Assembly (NCBI GenBank): GCA_043228905.1
Contig: JBHGNT010000016.1
Coordinates: forward strand, 3,348,001 to 3,412,000
DNA: 64,000 nucleotides
Direction of reading: 5' to 3'
Source: Azolla caroliniana
Taxonomy: Eukaryota; Plantae; Polypodiophyta
Under the pieces are notes generated by a model, which did no database searches, had not been told where the DNA came from, and saw only the letters and a program-made list of their open reading frames with translations. Positions 1 through 11,691 of the stretch are shown piece after piece. Made by a program: the position numbers and the translations under genes. The stretch's first letter is position 1. Each line of letters begins with the position of its first letter.

Positions 1-451
1 GATCATGAGTTTTGTAATATTTTAGAGATCCATTTATAACAGAAGTTTAAAATAACATACCTCTTAATACCAATATCTTTTTTATAGCAATTCATTTTAA
101 ATGCCCTTACAAAGATTTTCGCCTTTATGTATGATTCACAAATCATATGACCCAGAAACAAAACAATAATACTAAAGTTGAAAATACTAATATTATGAAA
201 CACATATTTAGATATTTAAGAAAAGAATGGATTAAGGGTGTTAAACACACTGACTGCCCCCAGTAAGGAAGGATAAGAGACGAACATAATATATAATCAG
301 TATCCCCTACTACGAAGTATTTCCCAATGTTATACCTTGGATGTTGAGACGGATGGATCCAAAGGAACACAACTTTGTCCCACTAATAGAGTATTGATAG
401 CATCTCAAGAGGTTGTAATGAAAGGGATACCCAATCCCCTTTATATAACCC

Positions 452-1965
452 TGTTGAGAATCGAACTCAACTTCCCTTAGAGATAGTGTTCACACTAGTC
501 AGTGAACATCAGACTAAGCTAGTTTTGTAATTAGTAGAAAGGGCACTTGCCCTAGATCAACTGGTATTTAAACCAACATTTTGTAACTTAGTTATTGTTG
601 GATGTAATTCTATTTTTTATTAATACATCTCCTTGTTCAAGCTCTCTCTCTCTCTCCCTCTCTCACACCTTACGTGTACTCACACACAAACACACAAAGT
701 TCGCTCCCGTTGCATAGCACCACCTACGTCTCACCTTCTTCACATGGTATCAAAGCGTGTGGTTATCTAATCAAACTTGCTCAACTATGTTGTGATCACA
801 ACACTGACGACCATCAGAACCGATTCAATCAACAGAGAAAGAAATCGACATTATGAATACTCAGATGGGAAGCACTCTTCTTACGGAGAAGCTCGACAAG
901 ACAAACTTTGCATATTGGGAATACAAGATGCATCAATACCTTGTTGGAAAAGGTTACTAGAGCTATATCGAAGGAGCTCACGAAACGCAACCCAACCCAA
1001 CCCAACACACGCCGACTACCTAATGTGGGAGCAACCCGCAACCTATGTGTTGTATTGCCTTGCATCATGTGTTCATGATTACATGCTTGGTTATATTCGA
1101 GAGTCGAAAACGCCGAAAGAAGCTTGGGGCAATCTCAAGAAGATTTTTGCGGCCAATACGGCTACACAAAAGCTCCAACTCCGACAGGAGTTGAATAACC
1201 TACAATCGAGGGATATGTCGATCACTAGCTATACCTTGAAGATCAAGGAGTTGTGTGACGTCCTCGAATCGATCAACGTCATCATGGATGATGACGAGAT
1301 GGTGCAAATATGCCTCGACGGCTTGGCACCTCAATTTAGCACAATTATATCGGTCATTCTCGCAAGGGAGAATTTGCCTTCGTTTTTCGACCTTCAGTCG
1401 ATAGTATTGATGGAAGAAAATCATACCCGACAAAGGAGCAATGCACTCGATGGTCAGATGCGCTACTCCCAGTCGGATGATAGAAGAGGATTCGACCAAG
1501 GAAATAGAGGTTGATTTGGCTGAGGGTGACAGAGTCACCGACTAGCCACGCTTGAGGGGGAGTACTGAAAGAACATCAGTAATCGCAGAAGTCAATCGAA
1601 GCCGACTAGAGGAGTTGAAGTACGATGATAATCAAGCCAAACAAAGACGTAGCAATCGAACAATCGAAATTGTAGGCCATGTCGACTAACCTTTCGAAAG
1701 CCGATTCAACCGAATTGAAGATTCTCGAGGAGCGAACTGAACTAGCTTTTCGACATCTGGAAGTTCTGTTCGAAGGGGTGTGTTGAGAATCGAATTCAAC
1801 TTCCCTTAGAGATAGTGTTCACATAAGTTAGTGGACATCATACTAGGCTAATTTTGTAATTAATAGAAAGGGCACTTGCCCTAATTAGTTGGTATTTAAA
1901 CCAACGTTTTGTAATTTATTTATTGTTGGATGTAATTCTATTTTTTACTAATACATCTCCTTGTT

Positions 1966-2062
<97 letters not shown>

Positions 2063-2105
2063 CACTTACGTTGCATAGCACCACCTACCTCTCACCTTCT
2101 TCACA
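452..2105 (+). mobile_element. Non-autonomous Ty1/Copia LTR retrotransposon (gag-only deletion derivative, 1654 bp)
   Basis: Two LTRs TGTTGAGAAT...TTCACA (452-744 and 1781-2105). 5-bp TSD AACCC at 447-451 and 2106-2110. PBS TGGTATCAAAGC (tRNA-iMet type) at 745-756. Purine-rich GAAGGGG just before the 3' LTR. Gag remnant inside, no pol. Confidence 0.93.
853..1514 (+). pseudogene. Copia gag (DUF4219 + Retrotran_gag_2/UBN2-like), disrupted
   Basis: ATG 853 reads MNTQMGSTLLTEKLDKTNFAYWEYKMHQYLVGKGY* (TAG 958-960, likely from TGG). A frameshift at the (CCCAA)n slippage near 990-1005 leads into the ORF-track frame ...AWGNLKKIF...KLQLRQELNNL...YTLKIKELCDVL, typical Copia gag. Confidence 0.85.
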
Positions 2106-5024
2106 AACCCAATACTTTAAATCCCCAAACCACCACAACCTTTAATGTTATGCAACCTCGTTGTAAAAGGCTAGATGACGTCACATATAAAGCTAAACAA
2201 GCAACAAAGTCCTAGATAATATGTTGGCATTACGAAAACGTCCAAAGTACCTTACGTATGCTCCAATTGGGGTTTATCTTGGCCTTGGTCTTTGTCAAAG
2301 TAGTTATAAGTAATCACATATAGGTTTCAAAATAGTATCCAAAAGCACTTAAGAGTATAAATGATGTAATATTGTAAGAACACTACAAACCTCAACATTT
2401 GTTATAAGTTGTCTCTAACAATTGCATAGGTTGGCTTTACTTAATCTAGATATAACAATGTTGATAAATCTATATTGACCTATTTCTTCATGTTAAGGTT
2501 AATTTTGGGAAGATGTTCCAAAAACTAAAGACACGATGCCCTCTTGATTACTAAAGTACAATATGTGGTGGCAACTGATAGCTACAAATAAGCAACATTT
2601 CATCACAATTTTCAGGTCCCTTTTAAGCAATAACAGTAACCTGAAGACTTTGTGGGGGTCATGCACTAATGTTAATCACTATGCTTGGTTGGATACATAT
2701 TTTTTATTGAAAGATAGATCTTGGCATAAACCATGAAGCCCATCATTTTTTTCACTAATGGCACTTTTGTCTTCGAATGGGAGGTTATCAAAACTAGTGT
2801 TCTATAACATTTCGGTGCCAGAACAACTCAAAGGAGTTCAGAGGAGATGCGGATCAAATGTCAACAAACACTCAAACACACACATATTACTCTTATGCCA
2901 ACATACAAATACACGCTCTTATACTTACGAGTACACATACACTTAAAACATGTATGAAACATATTGTGCCCACACTTGTATTTAAATAGGCCCATTAAAC
3001 ATATATAAGCACATACACACAATTACACTTAACCCAAAGGCACATATTATGAACACACAATTACATGTTTCATACCATATGTATACATATACACACATAT
3101 TAGCACAACTACCATCTCCTATGACCCCATATCAACAAATCATCTTCCTTGGTCCATGGCACAATGGGTCTGCTCAAAATTTCACACACACAAGTACTGC
3201 CACACCTTAGTTTGTGGTCTTGAAGAATTAGAGGGAAGGGGAGAGACAAAGGTTGACATGTGTAGGGAGAGAATGGAAGATGTTGAAGGCATTGTTGGTG
3301 GGATGTGCAAGGGGTGAAAATGAGAAGGGTGTTTCTAGGATGGGTGTTGACACATTGACAAGCGGGCAACAATGGACATTGGAGGCCTTTGTATGTTGAG
3401 GGGGGAAGTGGGACATCCTGCATGAGTGTAGGGAGTGCAAAGATTTCTTTCACATTCCCTTAGCAACCATTGAAGGGAGCATAACGAGTGAACATGGACG
3501 GTAGGCTCCATCCATAGCTAGTGTATTGTGGAACAAACCGCATATAGTGTAAAGTCTTCGTGGTAGGACACGAGTAAGATGGTTATGTGCTTCAAGCGGC
3601 TAAGCTAGGAATTTAGTAGGGCATTTAAAATGAATACTAAGGTTAAAGGCAAGGGCCCAACTAGGGTGGTCGTAGTGATTGAAGTGGAACAAATCAATTG
3701 GTCTAAATTCATCTCCTCATACTGTATTAAACTAGTAAAAAATTACATGTTTGCTAATTTTCCATAGCGTCCAACGTTATTGCAATTAACCTAAATCAAT
3801 TATTTCTTCCTTCCATGATTAACGAAGAGTCCTCAACCTTGGGATTCCAATCATATTGGACGCTTCATTGAAAACTATATGCCTTGTAAAACTCTCGTAG
3901 AAGTTTAAATGCATTGGTGCATGCACACACACACTAAGAACAAGCACATGGAAAGAATATCTATCATCGGAGAAATGTACAATTCATAGACAGACATGAA
4001 AAGGACACCATAACATACTAATATGGCCGCGTCATGCTCGTGACTTTGTCACTAAAGCTTTAGCCTCATTTGATCCTTCAATTTTATGCAATATGTAAAG
4101 AATCAAGAGATGGATTCTGTGCATCGGAATAGATATGAGTTGTGTGTGTGTATGAGAGAGAGAGAGAGAGAGAATATGCAAGCTAAAGTATATTAACAAA
4201 GGAGAAAGACTCGACAACATACAAGGTGGGAGGAGGGTGCTTTATATAGTCACCCTCTCTCTTCATTAACTACAAGACTCATGGAGCATGGGGAATGTGA
4301 AAGCTCATAATTTATGTGTCATAGAATATGATTCTATGACTCATCCTAAATGCTAGAATATAAAGTGGTGACATAATGGTGACTCTTGACCGTTGGAGTG
4401 TCTATTCACTCTCAAGGTGAGTTCACACACTAGACCAAGTTGAGCTTGATTCTCAACACGCCCCCTCAAGCTCAAGTCGGGTCGGTTTCAGACGGTATCC
4501 GAAATCCGCTTCGACTCATGTTCTGGAGTCCGCGTCGACTCGCATTTATGCGGAGTTGCGGAATTCGTGCTCCAGATTGCATTGTGCGTAGTTACGAAGT
4601 TTGTGCTTCGGCTTGCGTCTCTCTTCGCGACTTTGCGCGGTATATCGGTTCTTCGCGGTAGATTAGCTCTGATACCATGTAAAGAATCAAGAGATGGATT
4701 CTGTGCAGCGAAATAGATATGCGCTGTGTGTGTGTATGAGAGAGAGAGAGAGTGAGTGAGAGAGACAAGGAGTAAGACACAGAGAATACGCAAGCTAAAG
4801 TATATTCACAAAGGAGAAAGACTCGACAACATACAAGGTGGGAGCAGGGCAGGAATTTGACGGGTGTCATGCCCATCAAAGGCCATTTTGCCTGTCAAAA
4901 ACACACACCCAATAAAAATGTCCGTCAACTAACATATAAACTTACAATTTTCATTTTTCATGTGAAAGGAGCCCAAAATTTATACAAGTCAAATGACATG
5001 CTAAAATTTTATTTTCCATGTCAT

Positions 5025-5064
<40 letters not shown>

Positions 5065-5769
5065 CATTGTATAATGTCATAATACATATTATATATAGTA
5101 TATTTAATATTGTAATATGTACTATGTACTATGTATATTGTAGATTGTAGTATATGTACATACTATAAAATGTACATCCATGATACTACAAAGACATATA
5201 CTATTATAATGTACATTGTAGTATGTACATTTTATAATAGTATAAGTTATAACTGTATATGTATTATGTATAATGTGAGTCGTAACTTATAAGTCATGAC
5301 TCGTGACTAATAACTATGCTTTCAACGTTTCATTTCTGAAGTCCTGAATCCCCCCTCTTTCTCTTTTCCCACTCTTTTCTCTTTTCCCCCTATTTTCTCT
5401 TTTCTTGCTTTCCTTCTTCCTGCTCCTTCTTCTCACTTCCTACTCCCTGTTCCTTGGTCGTTGCCCATTGCTCCCAACACACTCACTACTCGTTGCTCCC
5501 TGTCGCTTCTCAGTGATTGCACATCTGCTATTTGCCACCACTCTGAGGTATGTATTTGTCTTTTTTTTTTCTATTTCTCTCTATTTTCTCGCTCGAATGC
5601 ATTCCTCGCTTATTTGACTCGGGTTCGATCCCCACTTATTTGAAGGGTGGCCATAGTCATGGGGGTCATCATGGGCGGAAATAATATGACAAATCAATCT
5701 ATCTGTCTCTCCTCCTGCCCTCCCCTATTCTTGTCTTAACAAACGGTGAGAGATCACAAATTATTACAA

Positions 5770-6890
5770 GAAACTAATATCATGTTTGGATGTATTTTGT
5801 GCTTGGGCATTGGCCAGCCCCCCCAATAATTCTCTTAATATCGAGTATAAATGCAGTTGGAATAACACTTAAATTTAGATCTATGACTGGCTTATCTCCA
5901 TTTCATATGAACTCTCGTAGAGTAAAACATGGTCTCACATTCTACATTGAGGATACAATCTCATGTTGTCATCCTTACTTTCGATATTTTCTTGGAATAA
6001 CCCCTTTGAAGTTCACACCACTTGATTGGCTTTCTTCCTGTTTCTAGATGTATTGGGGTTGTGCTCTTAACTCCCTAAATGAAGGCAGTGAAATCTCTTT
6101 TATACTTTCATTGTTTCATTCCACAAGCTTGCTGAAATGCTTCCTCCCATACCTTTTTTGTAAAGCAGAATTTGTGTGATGCATGCATACGAATGACATT
6201 GTTGTAATCTCCCATCTTTGGGTTGTGCTCAACTGCCACATGCTCTCAAATTCCTAGTATGAATCTGTGTGGTTTCATTCACCATGTATTCCAAGTGTGC
6301 TGACTAGGTATGGCAACACTAAGGTGTTTGAAACTGTGAACCACTTCAATTGCCTCCTCTTCATGATACTCTACAGGCTATTGACTGTTAGATTAGACAT
6401 TGCTTCTCACCATGAACTTGATCTTAGGCACTTTGATTGCTAGGCCACTATTCTCAAAAAAGGAATGATCATATCTAGAAGCGTTTGCAGTCATAGTTGA
6501 TAACATGTCTCAAAATACAACATTGTCTGCATAAATGTGTGTAAGAGCATGCTTGGTTTATGTGATGCATGCATACAAATGACATTGTTGGAATCTCCCA
6601 TCTTTGGGTTGTGCGCAAGTGCCACATGCTCTCAAATTCCTAGTATGAATCTATGTGGTTTCCATTCACCATGTATTCCAAGTGTGCTGACTAGGTATGG
6701 CAACACTGAGGTGTTTGAAACTGTGAACCACTTCAATTGCCTCCTCTTCATGATACTCTGCAGGCTACTGACTTTCAGATTAGACATTTCTTCATAGTCT
6801 TGCAATTCGAGGACCAAAAGTGTTTCTGTGTAGACTTCTATACCATGGAACTTCAAAGGCACAAATAGTACAACAACTCCCCACACCCAT
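5770..6890 (-). mobile_element. Degraded LINE ORF2 fragments inside the predicted 5' intron of the hAT (one ~230-bp piece duplicated)
   Basis: Minus strand reads EAIEVVHSFKHLSVAIPSQHTWN (cf. [15 protein letters not shown] in the LINE at 28.8 kb) and ..GVKSTTP..LETGRKPI (cf. [17 protein letters not shown] at 29.3 kb). Direct duplication ~6175-6405 and ~6561-6793. Confidence 0.6.
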
Positions 6891-7065
6891 CCTAAGAACT
6901 CTTACCGTAACTTCAGATTTGCATGTGCATGTAAGCTAATGTGAGCCTTCATCTTTCTTCGTTTTTTTTTTATAGATTGGAAGATCTAGAGTGGAAACTA
7001 TCCTTTATTGCCCATCTCATCTTTGTTTTTTTTCTTGGTTTGTGAATTCTCTCAGTTTCAAGAGT

Positions 7066-9311
7066 ATGTCCTGCCCCAAAAAACATAGATCACACCAACC
7101 TTCCATTAAGAGTGTGTTTTGCAAGAAAGCACATCTTAATGATACTCCAAATAATGATGAAGAGGTTGTCACAAATGTAAATGTGTCAACATCGTCTTCT
7201 AATAAAACAAAAAGAAAGTGGAGAAACCAGTGGACTTTGCTCCACCCATGGGCATATTTGACAAAGTCCTTATTAGGTGATGAAAAAATAAAATGCATGT
7301 TGTGTGAAGATGCGAGAAGGAATAATGTTTTTACAGATGGTGGATCGCTTAGCATGCAATTGTCATCATTGAATGAGCATTCTAAGTCATCCGACCATGT
7401 AATAGCAAGTGCTATATATCATGTAAAGATACAAAAGGAAAATGCAAATGTGAAAGGCCCAGTGGATGACAAAATTTAAGAAATCATGCATTTAGAAAAT
7501 GAGAGGATAATCTTATGCATGAAGTTGGTTCATTTTTATGCTTGTAATGATATTCCATTAGAGAAATATGTAAAACAATGTCAGTTACAAAGAGAACTTG
7601 GTACTCCAAATGCCCCTGCCTCAAATGAATATGGTGCTTATGCTAATGTTAAATCTGCAAGAGAATTCTTAATGGCTATTAAGAACCACACAAGAAAACT
7701 CTTGTATGATGAAATTTGTGGTAGTCCATTTTTCTCCATCTTGACTGATGAAGGCATCGATCGGACATTGGAAAAACACCTCATTATCTATGTCTTGTTC
7801 TTAATGAAGGTGGCAAAGGGGAGCCACAATGTAAATTTGTGCGTCTTCTTTCGGTGGAAAATGGGAAAGCTGAAGGTATCTATAATACTATCAATGAATT
7901 CATTTTGAAGAGCAATTTAGATTTTAAAAAACTAGTGGCTTTTGCAAGTGATGGGGCATCATCTATGGTAGGTAAGAACAATGGAGCAATTTCTAAGTTT
8001 CAATTCATGATGCCTAATATTTTGGGAGTGCATTGCATTGCACATCGTGAAGCACTTGCCATAAAAGATGCATATATAATGTCTCATGCACATGTGTTTA
8101 GCTTCCTTGATGCATTTGCAAATAAAGTATACTCTTGGTTGGGAAAGTCAACTAATAGACACAAGGAGCTAAAAGAAATAATGAAACGACATGGTAAGGG
8201 TGATTTGAAGGTGCTTAAAATTCACTCCATAAGATGGTTATCTTGAGGCCAAGTAATGGAGAGACTAGTTACACTTATGCCTGCAATTTTAGAACAATGG
8301 GAAAAACATGAGAAAAAATGGTACGAGTATGCTACTATATTCCAAGTGCAATTTATGTTACACCTATTGGCAGATATTCTTGTGGAATTAAATAAATTAA
8401 ATGAGCAATTCCAAAGGGAATTAATGGATGTAACTATGCTTGGTGTTCACTTGGATATCATCCATGAGAAACTTCGAAGACAATATTTATCTTGTGAAAC
8501 ATTTGGCACCGGGTCTATGTTTCTTGCAAACTTTCTAGATAATGGGAAAGATGGCATACTCACATATATTGGATGTGATAATGTTACTCATTCATATCCG
8601 TTGAAGTTTATACCAATTCCAAACCCAAAAGAGGTAACAAAACGATCAAGAAGACTAGTAAGTGGTCTTGATAGTGAGAATGAAGATAGTGATTTCAACT
8701 TGAATATGTTTCATGGTAATGTGGAAAATGGTAGTTTGGATGAATGCATTAACATTGGAAAGGACTTTGTCCAACATGTTATTGATGCCTTAAACAATCG
8801 TTTCCCGGATGTTACATTTTTCAATGTTGTAAAGTTGTTTAATCCGTCTTCATATCCCATTGAGGAAAATGAAAGAGAGAGAAAGACAACGGAATGGTTG
8901 CACAAACTTATTGGGAAGTTTAATATTGATAGGCAAATTGTTGACATGAAAAGATGCTTCAGTGAACGAGAAGATTTTGTTGGTATGCTTGATAGAATTG
9001 CTAAAGGAAGAGGAATGCATGATGCATGGGATATTTGTTGCAAAGCACAATCTTGGTGGCAATTATTTCCGGGTATTATGCAATTGTGGCAACTATGTAT
9101 GACTATTCCTATTAGTACAACAACATGTGAACGAGGTTTTTCACGTCAAAATATCATAAAAAATGATATTAGAAACGGTTTATCTTTGGAAACTTTAGAT
9201 GCTTTGATGTTTATATCCTTGAATGCTCAAGATACATCAAACATTTGTTGGAGGGATATATTTAACCTTTGTTATGAAGAAAAAGAGAGAAGGATATTAT
9301 CATTAAAGTAG
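7066..9311 (+). pseudogene. hAT transposase (ZNF862/DUF4371-like, C-terminal hATC dimerisation domain), inactivated
   Basis: The consecutive ORFs join into one protein: N-terminal Zn finger (W..W..C..C..H..H), ILTDEGID, FASDGAS, HCIAH, IRWLS, CERGFS..NIIK..RN.L. It is broken by TAA 7477-7479, a 1-nt frameshift near 7795-7800 and TGA 8244-8246 (probably from CGA). Confidence 0.9.
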
Positions 9312-10398
9312 ACACATATTTTACAATGCTTAATATGAGTCACTGTATGATAAACATTTTTTTGGGTTTTTTGGGTTTTAAGAAATATATGATGATTTAA
9401 ATATTCAATTTGTATGATTTCATTATCTTTGTGAGGTAGTTACATTTATTTTTGTATCTTTGTATACTTTCTATAGTTCAAGCATTATATGTTTTTCATT
9501 ATTAAAACTTGTATGTCAAATGACATGTTAGTTTTGGCACTCTCGTGTCATATGACATACATCTTTAAAAAGTGCTCATCAAAAAACGTAAAGACCAACC
9601 TGTCAAATTCAGGCCCTGGGTGGGAGGAGGGTGCTTTATATAGTCACCCTCTCTCTTCATTAACTACAAGACTCATGGAGCATGGGGAATGTGAAAGCTC
9701 ATAATTTATGTGTCATAAAATATGATTCTATGACTCATACTAAATGCTAGAATACAAGGTGGTGACATAATGGTGACTCTTGACCGTTGGAGTGTCTATT
9801 TACTCTCAAGGTGAGTTCACACACTAGACCAAGTTGAGCTTGATTCTCAACACAATATATACTACCTATAACGACCAAATAATAATCTAAAGGAAAGGAG
9901 AAGAAAAGAAAGATGCACATCACATGGCAAATTGATCCCCTAGAAATGTCTATTATACCACATCTTGCTTCTCCTTGAGGAAAGATTCAAGTCAACATCA
10001 TTAAGAGTCTTGCTTTTGCACATCTCGTGAAGAAAAGGTTCAACGCCCTTTATTCTTCGTGGTATAACAATCGTCCCATTGTTATTTAACGTTCTCCTAG
10101 ATATTACATGTTTAAATAGTAAATGACATCTGAACGATAATCGAATTTCCTCAATCGTACATCATGAGCCTAAAACTTCATTGACAAGAAATATATGCCT
10201 TGGTCTAGAAACCCCCATTGTAACTCCCAAAGTTAAATTATGTCAACCATGAGTAACATAGTTCATTTTCACCTTCTACTTTGTAGTAAATAATCACAAT
10301 AAGGGTTGACAATCATGTTATACAAAATTCAAATAGAAGAAATCAATTGCACACAAAAGACAAATTCAACTTTCAAGGCCTCTTGTATGAGAGGCTAG

Positions 10399-10692
10399 CT
10401 ACGATGTGGTCTATAGCATGACTTCTTGGACTCTCCAATAAATTCATTTTAATTTATTTATTTTTGAAAAAGGGCTAGTTGTGTGGCAAATTGTAATAAT
10501 AAACATACCTTGATGAACATTGCATCAGTTATATTCAATGTGTTCCTACTATGTGGTATGTAGCATGACTTCTTGGACTTTGAAATAAATTCATTTTAGT
10601 TTTCTTTAGAAAAAGAGCTAGTTGTGTGGCAAAATTATAAATTTATAATAATAAACATACTTTGATGAACATAGTTCTGTTCAATGTGTTCC
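10399..10692. repeat. Diverged tandem duplication, 2 x ~147 bp
   Basis: CTAC.ATGTGGT..TAGCATGACTTCTTGGACT...TTCAATGTGTTCC at 10399-10545 and 10546-10692. Confidence 0.8.
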
Positions 10693-10736
10693 ATCGATTC
10701 GGATAGAGTATTTTCCTACTGCATTGAAGTTCATTG

Positions 10737-11691
10737 AATAACCATTCAGTTAAGTGCGCCCTTGAATGCAAGGAAGAAGTGCGCACTTAGAGCTTTTTTA
10801 CTCGATTTTGTTTTTTCCAAACTTTTTGTTTCTTCTCCTACAAAACTTGTTCACAAAAACCATTCTTTCGTTTTTTTTCTTCTATAGCAGAACTTTAACT
10901 CGTAGGAAGAGAAAAAGATCTAAAATTTGCGTGCCAAACTTTCGTTCTCACTTGTTGTGGTAGAAACTATTCGTTGTTCTCTTCTCTAGTAAAACTAGAG
11001 CACTTTGTATGCTGAAGATTGTTCTAATTTGTTTACAAAAAAGTTTTCACTAATGGGAGTGATTTTCATAATTCCTTTTCTTTAACGTGAAATTGCAAGT
11101 TTTTCTTCTTATGGATGAGTAGTTTGCACTATCATCTCAAATGCAGCTATTTTTTGCTCGACAATCCAATTTATGGAGCTTTACAAGCACAAATATATAA
11201 TGCAATATATATTTTCTCGCATGGACTAGAACTTTGCAAGAAATAAGAAGAAGACGAAGCGGAAAGGAGAGGGAGCAAGGAGAAGGAAGTACAAAAAGGA
11301 AACATAAGAAGGAAGTAGAAGAAGATGAAGAGGGGAAGGGGAAGTAGAAGGAATAATAAGAATCAAGAAGAAGATGCAATAGTAGGGAGAAACATTATGA
11401 AAAGGAAGTAGTGTAAAAGAAGAAGAATCAAGAAGAAGATGCAATGGAAGAAGAAGAACAAAACAAATCACTAGGACTAATAAGAATCCAGAAAAGGAAG
11501 TGGTATAGGACAAAATAAGGAAAGGACGGAAGAACAATAAGAAGCATAAGAAAAAGAATCAATAACACGAAGCAATAGAAAGAGCATTGGTGTAATTTCA
11601 TCATGAAACAACGTAATTTTTTTTTTTTGGATTTTGACCTCTATAAAAAAAAGCGCACTTAATAGAATAGCACACTTAACCAAATGTTTTT
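10737..11691. mobile_element. Degenerate non-autonomous TIR element (pogo/Tc1-mariner-like), same family as 16951-18124
   Basis: Left CATTCAGTTAAGTGCGC and right GCACACTTAACCAAATG are inverted. Shares the subterminal block GTAATTTCATCATGAAACAA...GATTTTGAC.TCTATAAAAAAAAG.GCA.TTAATAG with the 18.0-18.1 kb copy. Interior has an (AAG)-rich purine tract. TSD not clear. Confidence 0.6.

Larger units (their letters stand above)
4845..9618 (+). mobile_element. hAT DNA transposon (4774 bp) inserted in the TRIM 5' LTR
   Basis: TIRs CAGGGCAGGAATTTGACGGG and (revcomp of right end) CAGGGCCTGAATTTGACAGG, 17/20 identical. Perfect 8-bp TSD GGTGGGAG at 4837-4844 and 9619-9626. Contains a transposase pseudogene. 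Confidence 0.95.
4094..9852 (-). mobile_element. TRIM (terminal-repeat retrotransposon in miniature, ~977 bp after removing the nested hAT)
   Basis: 3' LTR 4094-4458 (365 bp). 5' LTR 4678-9852, interrupted by hAT 4845-9618. TSD CAATA at 4089-4093 and 9853-9857. PBS (minus strand TGGTATCAGAGC) at 4666-4677. PPT (minus TTGAGGGGGCG) at 4459-4469. 219-bp non-coding interior. Confidence 0.93.
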
